Shown here piece by piece: positions 13,799 through 27,874 of a DNA stretch of 64,000 nt. The DNA comes from Eledone cirrhosa (Eukaryota), in assembly GCA_964016885.1 (NCBI GenBank), contig OZ024740.1, positions 161,758,001-161,822,000 on the forward strand. Direction: 5' to 3'. A program made the translations under genes and the position numbers. The notes beneath the pieces are model-generated. The model did no database searches, had not been told where the DNA came from, and worked only from the letters and a program-made list of their open reading frames with translations. Each line of letters opens with the position of its first letter. The first letter of the stretch is position 1.

Positions 13799-14190
13799 TA
13801 GGAAAGCCATGAACGACACTACATCTTTTTAACTTTGATTTTGAAAGTAGGTTTATAATTATCAATTTTCATTATGCTTTCGTAGCTGTCTCGGTGGCCT
13901 AGTTGGATGAATCATAGACGGTGGTGGTTTGAAGTTCGATCCTGGTTGGGAGTAGGGTTACCGTTAAGCCTTTTCAGTTTTTTTCTATGGTTGTAAAATA
14001 AAAACTGAAAAAAGTTTACATGTACTTCTTGACCAGGTTTGAACCCAAGGCCAGGATCCCCACCGTCTCTAGTACCTACCGCTAGGCCACAGAGATAACT
14101 ACAAAAAATCTCATGAAAATTCATACTTATAAAACCTACTTTCAAAATTTTCAAAACAAAATGATATGGTGTCGTTCATGTCTTTCTTAA
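13799..14190. mobile_element. Palindromic MITE (about 390 bp) whose arms each contain tRNA-like A and B boxes
   Basis: GGAAAGCCATGAACGACAC versus GTGTCGTTCATGTCTTTC|TTAA; TTTTGAAAGTAGGTTT versus AAACCTACTTTCAAAA; arms pair almost to the centre. Confidence 0.7.
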
Positions 14191-14333
14191 TGTTATTGCT
14201 TCTACTTAAGGTTGACTTCTAAATCATTTGTGTGTTCCATAAACTACATCCTCGTTTTGTTTCACATCTATCTAGACTATATTTTAACCTGTAATCCATG
14301 TTTCATTTCTGTTGCACGTCATTTCTCCCGCCG

Positions 14334-14395
<62 letters not shown>

Positions 14396-14538
14396 TTCTC
14401 TCTCTCTCTCTCTTTGCTATTTGAATCTACTATTATTTGGGCTTGCCTTATTCTTATATACATGTTTTTTGCATGTCAGTTAGATTCAAACTTACAATGA
14501 TTAGCATTATATATATATATATATATACAATGATTAGC

Positions 14539-14617
<79 letters not shown>

Positions 14618-14667
14618 AAGAAATGTAAGTCAACAGGTTTAAATTAACTTCGTTTAACCATAGTCGC

Positions 14668-14722
14668 TGTTATATATATTTCGGTGATAACCATTATGCA
14701 ACAGCCATGATCTCATCAGACA
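14668..14722 (-). ncRNA. Type I hammerhead ribozyme candidate
   Basis: Minus strand TGT-CTGATGA-(hairpin ATGGCTGTT/AATGGTTAT)-GAAA-TATATA-TA-ACA; homolog at 63771-63826. Confidence 0.55.
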
Positions 14723-14873
14723 CCTAGAATTTAAATAGTAAAAACAAAAACATAACGATGAAATAAAACTTACTTCTGATATTTCGATTTTTATATGCTC
14801 CGAGCTGAAATTTGGTGTTGTTTTTTTATATGTATAAAGACAACAAGGAAAGAGTACAGGAGAGTAATATAAT

Positions 14874-15058
14874 TGTTTCTATTTTTGGCACAAGGTCAGC
14901 AATTACCCAGTGCATTACTGGTACTTTATTTTATCGACCCCGTAAGGATGAAAGGCAAAATTAACCTCGGCGGGATTTGAACTCAGAATGGAGAGGGCCG
15001 TAACTCTATGCGTCAAACCATGGCATCCGACCCTCTACCGATACTGCCAATCCACCGC
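14874..15058 (-). mobile_element. tRNA-derived SINE family A, full length
   Basis: A box TGGCAGTATCGG, B box GAGTTCAAATCCC, TSD AGTAATATAAT (14863-14873 and 15062-15072). Confidence 0.9.
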
Positions 15059-15680
15059 GAAAGTAATATAATACATGTTGATATATATTAGTTTAACGCT
15101 TAATATTGTAAGAAAATATTCTCAAAGTTTCGGGCGTTAGTCTGTCATCGTCAGCTAGCTTCCATAACAAAATTAACTTATTCGCAAATACATTGGCAGA
15201 TTTTGATTGGTCACCGTTTATAATGAAACAAATACGAAGCGAATGAAATAAACGGAACATCGTTTAGGGACGTATTAATTTCTATATGTACGCTGCTCTC
15301 AATTCATCTCGGTCCGTTGATCTATACACTCGACATAAAGTTCAATTGACTGATACCATAGTTCGGAAATATAAACATTGATTATCTTATAAATAGAATA
15401 AACATAAAAATGACTTTACACAAATCTGAAACAAGGATGCGTTGCGCACTTTTAAATAATGTAACATAAATTCAACAAAAAATTGTTTACATATTTTAAA
15501 TATATATATGTGTGTGTGTGTGTATGTGTGTGTGTGTGTGCGCGCACGCACGTACGTGTGCGTGTGTGTGCCTGTGTGAGTGTTTGTGTTTTCTGTTTAT
15601 TTACGTAAAGCCTTTCAGATAAGTCATATATATATCCATAAGTATAACTACCCTTCGGCACCAATACGCAAATATATGCG

Positions 15681-15736
<56 letters not shown>

Positions 15737-15846
15737 CGTGTGTGTGTGTGTGTGATTGTGTGTGTGTGTGTGAGTGTGTGTGAGTGTGTGTATGCATATG
15801 TATACATGTGTGTGTATATCTGTGCATGGAGGTTTATACATACATA

Positions 15847-15920
<74 letters not shown>

Positions 15921-15931
15921 TATACATATAT

Positions 15932-16022
<91 letters not shown>

Positions 16023-16034
16023 TATTATATATAT

Positions 16035-16126
<92 letters not shown>

Positions 16127-16387
16127 TTCAACTCGCTCTTCGTTACGCCGCAACGGAATGAAAAAAAGAGTTGGTGACGTCATTCGCTGTTGTTTGGCTT
16201 TTTAGAAACTGCATAGTGCATTACGACTTTATTTGTTTTAGATTTATATTTAAATGTTGGTTGTGCAATTGCCTTTACTTTCAGTTTTCTCTGGATTTGC
16301 GTTATGAATGCATATGTGGTATATTTTAGTATCTGCCTACGTAGGTACGTACGTATGTATGTATTATGTATATATGTATTATGTATG

Positions 16388-16504
<117 letters not shown>

Positions 16505-16733
16505 GTATGTGTAAGTGTGTGCTTGTTTACGCGGATGTGTGCATATGTATGCTTAGATATATTTTTGTTAATGCTTTGAAATTTGAAACTGTGTGTGCAT
16601 ACATTCCCCTCCACCAACACACATGATTATATATGTATTTATATATATATGTATATATATATATATATGTGTATATGTGTGTGTGTATATGTATGTGTGT
16701 GTGTATGTATGTATATAGATATATATATGTATA

Positions 16734-16777
<44 letters not shown>

Positions 16778-16818
16778 TATATCTATATACATCCATACAT
16801 ACGTTATATATGTATATA

Positions 16819-17004
16819 GGCGGTGGATTGGCAGTATTGGTAGAGTGTCGGATGCCATGCTTTGACGCATAGAGTTACTGCCCTTGCCATTCTGAGTTCA
16901 AATCACGCCGAGGTTAACTTTGCCTTTCATCCTTATGGTGTTGATAAAATAAAGTTCAATTAATACACTGGGTAATTGCTGGCCTTGTGCCTAAAGTAGA
17001 AACA
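16819..17004 (+). mobile_element. tRNA-derived SINE family A, full length
   Basis: GGCGGTGGATTGGCAGTATTGG...GAGTTCAAATC...GTAGAAACA; TSD GTTATATATGTATATA. Confidence 0.9.
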
Positions 17005-18136
17005 GTTATATATGTATATATATGTATGTGTGTGTGTGCGCGTGTGTGTGTGTGGGGGTGTATGTGTGTGTGTGCATGTGCGTGTGTGTGTGCGTGTATG
17101 TGCGTGTGTGTGTGTGTGCGTGTGTGTGTGTGCGTGCGTGTGTGTGTGTGCGTGTGTGTGTGTGCGTGTGTGCGTGTGTATGTGTGTGTTTGTGTGTGTG
17201 TGTGTCTATGTGTGTGTGTGTGCGTGTCTGTCAGTCTGTGTGTTTGAGGATTGCGGCGTTTGTACGCACGACTTGTGCCTATGTAGGCTCGGATATGTGT
17301 TTCATGGGAAACACATAAGGGCGTTCGGCTGACGATCGTAAGTTCGTAAGTTCGTTACACCTTGTTCCAATCTTCTTACCTGGCCAAATGAGATATAATT
17401 GACAATCTTTACACACACACACCGTGTCGTGCTGAGTCTCCCTGAGAAATACGTTAAGGGTAAATGAGTCTATGAAATGCTCAGTCACTTGCACGCAATT
17501 TCCAGACCATTCGATTCCGCTGATTAAATTAACTGGAACGGGCAATGTTGGAACAGACAGAGGTCCAACATACATTTATCATGTATTGTATCTGGTGGGC
17601 ATGTATTTAACCTATGTGTGTGTATGTACTCGTATATGTGTACAATAGACCTAGTGGTGGTGATTTCATATTTGTAAAGGCCAATAAAGTATTCAATCTA
17701 TTTACATACATATCCGTAGCTGTATCTATTTGCAAAGGAATGTGTGTATATATGCTTCCCATTGTGTGCACATTAAGCGCATTATGTCATTATAATAGGA
17801 ATGTGTCTGCGATGCACCATCGTACTTATGCATGTGGGTATATCCATAAGAATGAGCACGCGACATAAATGTGTTCGTCAGCAATACATGGAGGTTTGAA
17901 CATGTGTGCTCGTTTATGAACTTTTGCAACCAAGCACATATATATAAACTCATGCGCATATGCATACGCACATAGATACATACATACTTGCATGCATACA
18001 TACATACTTACACATATTCTATTTTTCACTTACACGTTTATATGAATGATTCCCGTTGTGTTAGCATGTGACTGGGTATGTATGTATATACATATGTGTG
18101 TGTGTGTGTGTGTGTATATACATATATATACATATG

Positions 18137-18167
<31 letters not shown>

Positions 18168-18209
18168 GTGTATGTATATATATGTGTATATATATATATA
18201 CATTATATG

Positions 18210-18287
<78 letters not shown>

Positions 18288-18594
18288 TATATGTATATAT
18301 ATATATATATATACATTATATATACATTATATGTATATATATATATATACATTATATATATATACATTATATGTATATATATATATATACATTATATATA
18401 TATATATTATATGTATGTATATATATATATACATTATATATATATATATTATATGTATGTATATATATATACATTATATATATATATTATATGTATGTAT
18501 ATATATATATACATACAAACATATATATATATATATATATACATATATATACAAATATATATATATTCACCTACACACACACACACGCACACAA

Positions 18595-18636
<42 letters not shown>

Positions 18637-19080
18637 GTACATACATACATACACATATAAATGAAACATTTACCTTTCGCTATGTAAATTGGAAGTGACA
18701 AGTTGACAATGATATCAGCTAGAAGACATGGAAATAAAACGTTATATTTCTATAAAACCGCACTTTTACTATATAGCTTATTTTCAATATTCTGCCAGAT
18801 TCCAACCGATTAAACGCTGTAGTAATTATATGAATACAAAAGTTTCAAAAATCGAAAGAAGAATCACAACAGTGGTAACAAGAAAAATGTAATACAAAGA
18901 CGGGAATTAACACAAATAAGGAATATACATATGAAATAAATAAGGAGCAAATAAACATATTACAAACACACACACACAGGCATATATATATATATATATA
19001 TGTCTATATATATATACATATATATATATATGTATATATGTATGTATATATATGTATATATATAAATATATATATATATA

Positions 19081-19112
<32 letters not shown>

Positions 19113-19140
19113 CATATATGGATTTATATATATATATATG

Positions 19141-19198
<58 letters not shown>

Positions 19199-19343
19199 TA
19201 TGCATATAGGTATTAATAAATGTTTGCTCTATAGTTCTTATATATTTGATATATATATTTATCCTCACCGAGCCCTCTTTGGATTTTAGTCTTCACATTT
19301 ATTATTATGACGATATATATATATATATATGTGTATATATATG

Positions 19344-19399
<56 letters not shown>

Positions 19400-19450
19400 T
19401 GTGTGTATATATATATGTGTGTCTGTGTGTGTATATATATATATATATAT

Positions 19451-20452
19451 AATAAAATGAAGAATTAGAAATAGAAGCCAGGACTATCCATCATCAGTGG
19501 TCTACTAGCCATCATAGGTATTTCTTCGCATTACAGACCATATAACCTCCGGCTAGAGCAATATAATAACTAAAATAAGTTATTGGGATAAAAAGAATTA
19601 GGTGGAGAAAGAGAGACAGGTAAACAAACACGAATGGTGAGGCAACGTAAAGAGAGGAAAAAATGAGAAAATCAAGTCAATGATTCATTTCGAACATAAG
19701 AACTTGCGAATATTGACGAGAAGGCAGAAGACACATCTTGGCCATGCGGATGTGAGCGAGGAAAGAATTTCGTACGGTGTGGGACGATGGAGTGAGAGAG
19801 AGGGTGAGTAGCAGAGAGTGAGTGAGTGAAAGTGTGAGGAAGAGGCTAGCCGAGAGAGGGTGACTAGCAGAGAGGGTGAGTGAAAGTAAGAGGAAGAAGG
19901 AGAGAGAAGGGGGAGAAAGAAAAAGGATAGCAGTTTTTCATTCATATATGCTTTCCCCTTCGCTATGACCTGTCTTTTTCTCTTCCCTTACTGCTATCCT
20001 CTTTCTCTCTCCCCCTTCTCTCTACTTCTCCCTCTTACTTTCACTCTACCCTCTCTGCTAGTCACCCTCTCTCAGCTAGCCTCTTCCTCACACTTTCACT
20101 CACTCACTCTCTGCTACTCACCCCCTCTCTCACTCCATCGTCCCACACCGTACGAAATTCTTTCCTATCTCACTTTCGCACGGCCAAGATGTGTCTTGGT
20201 CTTCTCGTCAATATTCGCAAGTTCTTATTTTCGAAATGAATCATTGACTTGATTTTCTCATTTTTTCCTCTCTTTACGTTGCCTCACCATTCGTGTTTGT
20301 TTACCTGTCTCTCTTTCTCCACCTAATTCTTTTTATCCCAATAACTTCATTTAGTTATTGTATCGCCCTAGCCGGAGGTTATATGGTCTGTAATGCGAAG
20401 AAATACTGATGATGGATAGTCCTGGCTTCTATTTCTAATTCTTCATTTTATT
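19451..20452. repeat. About 480-bp inverted repeat with a ~55-bp spacer, bounded by (TA)n on both sides; probable Penelope terminal-repeat fold-back
   Basis: AATAAAATGAAGAATTAGAAATAGAAGCCAGGAC pairs with GTCCTGGCTTCTATTTCTAATTCTTCATTTTATT; arms differ by SNPs and a ~20-bp indel. Confidence 0.9.
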
Positions 20453-20492
20453 ATATATATCATATTTGCAACAACACAGCTCGCCATTTTTC

Positions 20493-20530
<38 letters not shown>

Positions 20531-21179
20531 TTCGTTTTTGAATTTGTTTTGCAAGATTTCTTATCTGAAAACGTGTGTTGAAACAGATATTGTTATACTT
20601 TGGCAGGGTCATGCTGCCAATTAAAACACACGCACCTGTTGGTTTTCCCTTCAATTTATTATAAATTACCGGTTGGTTGGTTGGTTCAATAACCGGATGG
20701 TTGTTAATATAATGACAGAGCTCTTTCGTCACATATTCTGTGACCGCCTTACTGACGGATTTTTTATATTTTGTGTCTCTCCTTTGTTCTGTCCTACACC
20801 ATCTTTATGCCGTTCATTCGGATACGTTGACAAAAATATTAAAAGAGAAGTGGTTATCCCTCGACTAATCTTTCCTCCGAACCGTGAAGATCTTTATATT
20901 TGAAACAGGGGAGGCAAATTTGGCTTAAAATCTGCCTGTAGACAATTTTTTTAAGTTTTTAGGAATTATTTTGTCTTGTGGCTAAGAGGGTGGCTCTTCA
21001 ATTATCAGGCAGTTTGTAGATAGCTAAAATGATTAAGTTGAGTTATTATATATATACACGGACACATATACACGCACACATATAATAAATTATTAAAGAT
21101 TTTTAAAAACATATGCATACATTTGCTTGGACACGTGCGTTCACACATGTATACATTTGCACACATCTGTACGGGGCAC

Positions 21180-21249
<70 letters not shown>

Positions 21250-22330
21250 AGGCGTAAATATGCATATTCACTCAAAATTAGTGTCTTGATTGGTGTTTCA
21301 CCAAATTTAAGTTCTGAGATGTAAAAGGTTGTATATATGTGTGATTGTTGGTTGCAGTGAGATGTAATCTTAATGTCTCTCTCAATAAGTCATTAATCTG
21401 TTTATGCGTGTGGCGTGCTGATTGAGGGATTCTAGAGGTGGGTAGCGTCATAGAGGGTTCAGGAGGTCTGGTGAGATGGTGCCTTGCGGTGTGGGCTTCC
21501 AGTTGGATCAAAATTCGGTTTTTGATGTAAGCATGATGTGAAGACTTCTGTCTTTGTATTTAGGTATATATCCGGTTCGGGTATATATCCAGAGTGTATA
21601 GGCTCTGTATGATGCTGGAAAGTACTTGAAAAGTCAACGTCATACAAAAACGGAAACAAAAAATTCAGCAATTAAAAAGCTGGTACTAACGGAAGTAAGA
21701 TACACCCAGCCCTTAGTAAAAGACCTTCTTTTACTTTTTGTTTGGGTGGGGGGGGGGTGCAGGTAACACTCACTATTACTTCTCGGAAACGAGATGATCT
21801 GAGACAATATAGAATAAAACACGGAAATTGTGCAGGGCTTTCATGGCACACTACCTATATCTTATTCGTGTGACCATCCTGTCTTTATGAGCCAAACGTC
21901 TGCGATCATCGGATGCCCGCTTCTTGTTTTCTGTTTTTTTGAAACTTTAATGGGATTTATGAGGCCATGTATTTTTTCATTATCGTCTCTGCTTGGTGCT
22001 CTTCGTTGTTTGTTTACTCTCTCACGCCATCCTCAACACTTTCTATTTAAATGATATACGAGCATCCTATCAAAATGTATCTTATCAATTTAGTGAAATA
22101 AAAATGTGTCACCATCCTCTATGGGATTATATAACAAGCTGTAATAGTTACAGCTTAGTCTTAGTCTATAGTATAGTTACTAAAGTGGTATTTGTTTCTG
22201 TGTTTGCATTTGGAAAACTGTCTTTTGTTGTGGGATTACATTGAGCTATGTTAATATATGATATTCATCCACCTGACACATGCTCAACATTTTTGAACGT
22301 CAGAGTTGGCTGTTGGAAACTTTATAGTAC

Positions 22331-22402
22331 CTTTCTCCTTCGGATTCAGTCATTACGTTCTGCTTGTCCAAATTGTGGAAACTGTTCATTTGCTGTTGGT
22401 AG
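22331..22402 (-). CDS. Candidate 72-bp phase 2-2 exon, peptide YQQQMNSFHNLDKQNVMTESEGE
   Basis: TTTTTTTATATGCAG acceptor, AAG|GTACTA donor (weak), single open frame. Confidence 0.25.
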
Positions 22403-22974
22403 CTGCATATAAAAAAAACATGTGTACACAATTACTCTAGTAAAAATATTTCGTAAAATTCACAAATTTAGAAAACTTCTTATGAAGATAAATTTTTTAA
22501 AATGGTATATCAAGAACATACAGACCTATATCTTAGGCATATATGTGTGCTTGTGTGTGTGTGTGGGGGGGGGGGGTTGTGTGTCTGTGTGAAAGTGTGT
22601 GCATGTTTGTGGATTTATTTGTATGTGTGTCTATGTACGCATGTATTCTCTATCTCTTTCTCTCTTCGTCGAAAATATTTATTCAAAACGTCAATAATCT
22701 TGTTGTCACCTAGAGATATAAACGTATCTAAACTTACGGTCGCGCATACATACTCACACGCCTTCACACACCTTCACACACCTTAACACACTTACCAACA
22801 CATTCATACTAATACAAAATACTAAGGAACAAACGTAAACATACATTGAAAATAAATACAGCTTCCAACAAAAGCTATTGGAAACGCCCTTCCGTAACGA
22901 ATCAACGAAACATAGCCAAAAACAATAATAATAAGAAAGAATAAAAGGGAAAACTAGTACAAACGTAAAAGAAC

Positions 22975-23007
<33 letters not shown>

Positions 23008-23130
23008 AGGAGGTGAGTTTTATTGTAGTACAATAAAGCAATGCAGATATCGGATAAGAAGCACTCTACAGTTTGTAGGACTGGAGTATACATAATATAA
23101 GATCAAAAGATGGTTAAAGGAGTTCCATGT

Positions 23131-23199
23131 ATTTTATTATGCGCATTTCAAAAACAAACATCATCATGCAATAATATTTGTGTTTTCATCAGATAAAAC
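23131..23199 (-). ncRNA. Type I hammerhead ribozyme with long stem II (left-arm copy)
   Basis: Reverse complement of 26940-27008. Confidence 0.75.
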
Positions 23200-24439
23200 A
23201 GGAGAACATGATATGAAGGCTAAAAAACACTTGTGGATAGTGCAGTTTTAAATCAACATATGAAAAGTGGTTTTAGATTGATGTGTGATATTGGGAAAAA
23301 TATTTTATTTAGAGAGGGGGGGGGGATGAAAAAGGGAAGGAGATGAGAGGGAGAGATGGGTGATAGAGAGACAGAGATAGTTTTTATAACTGAGAGGAGA
23401 TATATTGTTTTACATAGAGAGGTTGAAAACCGTTGGAAGATAATGTATAAATTAAAAAAATTTGAAAATTAACGAAGGGAGGATATGTGCGAGGAAAAAT
23501 ATTTTATTTAGGGAGGGGGTGGGGTGGGTGGAAAGGATGAAAAAAGGGGGAGGAGATGAGAGTGAAGGTGGAGAGGGAGAGATGGGTGATAGAGAGAAAG
23601 AGATAGTTTTTATAACTGAGAAAAAGATATATTGTTTTACATAGAGAGGTTGAGAACCGTTGGAAGATAATGTATAAATTAAAGGAATTTGAAAATTAAC
23701 GAAGGGAATTTATGTATGAAGATAGAGAGAAAAAATAATAATTGTGGATGAATATTCTAACGTCAAAAAAAGTGTATGTTGATAAGTATTGTGGCAATTT
23801 CAAAATTAACGAAGAGAAAAATTATTAAGGTTTGTGTGTAGAAGGATTTGAGAAAAATAATGTGAAGTTAAAGTTTGTATATTGAAGGAATTGATAATAT
23901 ATGCGAATAAAGAGTTAATATGTATTAAGAATGAGTTCGTTGATGGGGAGAAAAAAATAATAAATTAAGGATGAAATTGAGATTAAAAAGATTTATGATA
24001 GAGAGAAAAAATAATAATGATTGCGGATGAATATTCTAACGTCAAAAAAACAAATGTATATGTTATGAAGGATTTTACAAGATGAAGATAGAATGAGGGT
24101 AATGAGTAAACAAGTATTATAGAGTGTATAATGCCCTTTAAAGTATGGTAGGAAGATGGGTATATTTTAAAGAGGTGTATGTATATTTTACTATAGATAT
24201 GTGAGGGAGGGAAGCATTTATTTAAGGCACTAAAAAATAATTTAGGAATATTGTTATTAATAGAGATGGAGAAAGGAGCATTATACCAGATTATGTTTTT
24301 GTATCTAGGTCTTTTATTAAAATTATTGGAATGATCATGATTAATTATTCTTTGAGAAAAGATTCTAAATTGCTAAAGAATTGAATATTAACTGTATACT
24401 TTGTGAAAAGTCCTATGGAATTTATGCAGGCAGATAGAA

Positions 24440-25860
24440 AACAAATCTGTACGTCTATTTATTATAGAATCTAGGTTAGAGATAATGGTAAATTTTTCAT
24501 TTAGGCAGAAATTTTTCATTTAGGCAGAGATTACAGATTTTAGATAGAGAGCTGTTCAAGTATGAGGATGCAGAAGAAACCTTATTCCAAAAGATGGTAT
24601 ATTTAATGTTTTTGTCTTTTAAGGACCATATGAGTTCTGAGAGAGCAGTGTTGGTTCTTTTAAGTTTGTATTTGAAAGATGAATGATGATTATAGAGACG
24701 AGCTTTAAAAGAGGTGGAAGTGGAGCCAAAATAGGTGAAGGAATTGGTGCTAGTTATAATTTTGCATTCATAAATTAAGTTTTTATCGAGACAATGGTTG
24801 TTGAGAGGACATTTATTTTTAATGCGGCAGTTGCAATTAGAGAGATTATTAATGAGTGACCTAGTGTTATCTATAGAAGGAATTGGATTGGAGAAGTTGT
24901 TTGCGATAGGAATAATAGGAATAATAGTTTCTTGATTTAGAGTTGGATTATGAACATTTAGCGAAGTTGTGTTTGACGTTGTATTTGGGTTTACAGAAGT
25001 TAGCCTAGGGTTTACAATGACGTCGGGAGTACTATTACTGTTATTATGAAATTCAATGTTGGAAGGAAGAGATTTAGTATTTAGTATTTTATTGTTGTGT
25101 TTAGAGATGATGTTGGAAATATTGGAGGATGTGGAATAAGAAAATTTGATGGTGTGTTTGTTAAATATTTTACTATAGATATGTGAGGGAGGGAAGCATT
25201 TATTTAAGGCACTAAAAAATAATTTAGGAATATTGTTATTAATAGAGATGGAGAAAGGAGCATTATACCAGATTATGTTTTTGTATCTAGGTCTTTTATT
25301 AAAATTATTGGAATGATCATGATTAATTATTCTACTGTAAGTTTTTCTAGAATTTGTTTCTTTACTATATTTGATTTTATCTGGATAGCCGGCTTTAGAA
25401 AGTGCGTTATTATAGTAATTGGCGTTAGCATCAAAGATGTTTTTATTAGAGGATATGTTAGATATTCTTTTTCCAATATTACTAACTATAGCATTCTTGA
25501 TATTGGTAGGATGGTTAGATTTAAAGTTAACATAATTTAGGTTCTCATTGTTTTTATGGTAAGGGTAATATAGGCCAGATTAAGATTAAGAGATACATCC
25601 AAGAAATTAGCTAGTTTGATACTATTATCAAATTCAATTTTTAGGTTATGTTGGTTAAATAGATTACGTATATTGTTCTTAATAATATTAAGGTTAACTA
25701 TATTGCAATTTAGGATAGTAAAGAGTCCATCGTCACGATAAATTCCACCGCGAAGTTGAGGAATTTTCCGACTCAAAGAGTTCAAAATGAAGATACCAAT
25801 TAAATCAGTCAATTGGGATGAATCGGATGCTCCCATTGTGATGTCGAAGTTGTTAGAGGT
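24440..25860 (-). pseudogene. Disrupted Penelope-like RT plus GIY-YIG endonuclease
   Basis: FDITMGASDSSQLTDLIG...GIYRDDGLF (RT core); manual translation of 24600-24840 gives NCNCRIKNKCPLNNHCLDKNLIYECKI...TYFGSTSTSFKARLYNHHSSF...TALSELIWSLK. Confidence 0.9.
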
Positions 25861-26939
25861 ATCTGCCTGCATAAATTCCATAGGACTTTTCACAAAGTAT
25901 ACAGTTAATATTCAATTCTTTATCAATTTAGAATCTTTTCTCAAAGGCACATATACATACACCTCTTTAAAATATACCCATCTTCCTACCATACTTTAAA
26001 GGGCATTATACACTCTATAATACTTGTTTACTCATTACCCTCATTCTATTTTCACCTTGTAAAATCCTTCATAACATATACATTTGTTTTTTTTGACGTT
26101 AGAATATTCATCCGCAATCATTATTATTTTTTCTCTCTATCATAAATCTTTTTAATCTCAATTTCATCCTTAATTTATTATTTTTTTCTCCCCATCAACG
26201 AACTCATTCTTAATACATATTAACTCTTTATTCGCATATATTATCAATTCCTTCAATATACAAACTTTAACTTCACATTATTTTTCTCAAATCCTTCTAC
26301 ACACAAACCTTAATAATTTTTCTCTTCGTTAATTTTGAAATTGCCACAGTACTTATCAACATACACTTTTTTTGACGTTAGAATATTCATCCACAATTAT
26401 TATTTTTTCTCTCTATCTTCATACATAAATTCCCTTCGTTAATTTTCAAATTCCTTTAATTTATACATTATCTTCCAACGGTTCTCAACCTCTCTATGTA
26501 AAACAATATATCTTTTTCTCAGTTATAAAAACTATCTCTTTCTCTCTATCACCCATCTCTCCCTCTCCACCTTCACTCTCATCTCCTCCCCCTTTTTTCA
26601 TCCTTTCCACCCACCCCACCCCCTCCCTAAATAAAATATTTTTTCCTCGCACATATCCTCCCTTCGTTAATTTTCAAATTTTTTTAATTTATACATTATC
26701 TTCCAACGGTTTTCAACCTCTCTATGTAAAACAATATATCTCCTCTCAGTTATAAAAACTATCTCTTTCTCTCTATCACCCATCTCTCCCTCTCATCTCC
26801 TTCCCTTTTTCATCCCCCCCCCCTCTCTAAATAAAATATTTTTCCCAATATCACACATCAATCTAAAACCACTTTTCATATGTTGATTTAAAACTGCACT
26901 GTCCACAAGTGTTTTTTAGCCTTCATATCATGTTCTCCT

Positions 26940-27008
26940 GTTTTATCTGATGAAAACACAAATATTATTGCATGATGATGTTTGTTTTTGAAATGCGCAT
27001 AATAAAAT
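26940..27008 (+). ncRNA. Type I hammerhead ribozyme with long stem II (right-arm copy)
   Basis: GTTTTAT-CTGATGA-AAACACAAATATTAT...ATGATGTTTGTTTTT-GAAA-TGCGCA-TA-ATAAAAT: 7-bp stem I, ~14-bp stem II, palindromic stem III, AUA triplet. Confidence 0.75.
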
Positions 27009-27039
27009 ACATGGAACTCCTTTAACCATCTTTTGATCT

Positions 27040-27106
<67 letters not shown>

Positions 27107-27107
<1 letters not shown>

Positions 27108-27869
27108 TAGCCGAATTACCCAAGAAAATGTAAGAAAATGTTGATTGATTTTAAGTCAGTGATATAATTTATGGAGAAAAACTCTGCATTTCAATATTAC
27201 TCAATGTAAAATGTAAAGCCTGAAACATTGGAAAACATTACTTTTTGTAATATATCAAATCAAAATTACATTATTAAAACTTATTCTTATTTTGTTTCTT
27301 GTAAATAATTTTTTTCAAAATATCAATTCAAAATTTGATCATTTCATTTTTGTGTAAAGCATTATTTTCAAATTAGAAATTCAAAGTTCCAATACTCAAG
27401 TTATAGGCTTCCAAAATTTTCACTATAGGGGCTTAAACCCATTAGGGTGTCTTAATATTATTGAAATTTGCTGAAATGTTGTGAATTGGCATCATATCTT
27501 GTCATTTACTTATGGTTTAAATTTCATATAAATCGAAGGGAAAAAAATTTTCAGCGGGGGTTTGTGCCCCCGGGGTACCCTTTGATTAACCCCCATTAGG
27601 GTATCTTAATATTATTGGAATTTGCTGAAATTTTGTGAATAGGCATCATATCTTATCATTTACCTATGGTTTAAGTTTCATATAAATCGAAGGGAAAAAT
27701 TTTCAGCGGGGATTTGTGCCCCCGGGGAACCCTTTGCTTAAAATGAAATATACTTATCCAAGTACCCTGGGCATATATGGTTATGGGGCTCTATCTCCAA
27801 AACCGTAGGAGGAGTTCGTGAATAAGCAAACAAACAAACAGACAGGTATTACAACTGTATATATATAGA
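27107..27869 (-). mobile_element. Helitron-like non-autonomous element with an internal ~155-bp direct duplication (27437-27590 and 27592-27740)
   Basis: Minus-strand TCTATATATA start, (TGTC/TGTT)n subterminal tract, CTAG|T end in (TA)n; 3' hairpin incomplete. Confidence 0.55.
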
Positions 27870-27874
27870 TATAC

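Larger units (their letters stand above)
23092..27048 (-). mobile_element. Penelope-like retroelement, 5'-truncated, with about 1.2-kb inverted arms (23092-24436 and 25860-27048)
   Basis: RT and GIY-YIG remnants between near-identical inverted arms, a hammerhead in each arm, (TA)n flanks. Confidence 0.9.

Noticed and set aside
15120-15160. CTGACGA...GAAA on minus, plus similar words at 7530, 12238, 44612, 48616 and 57863
   Set aside because: Stem II or stem I does not pair, or the GAAA/NUH part is missing, so not called as hammerheads
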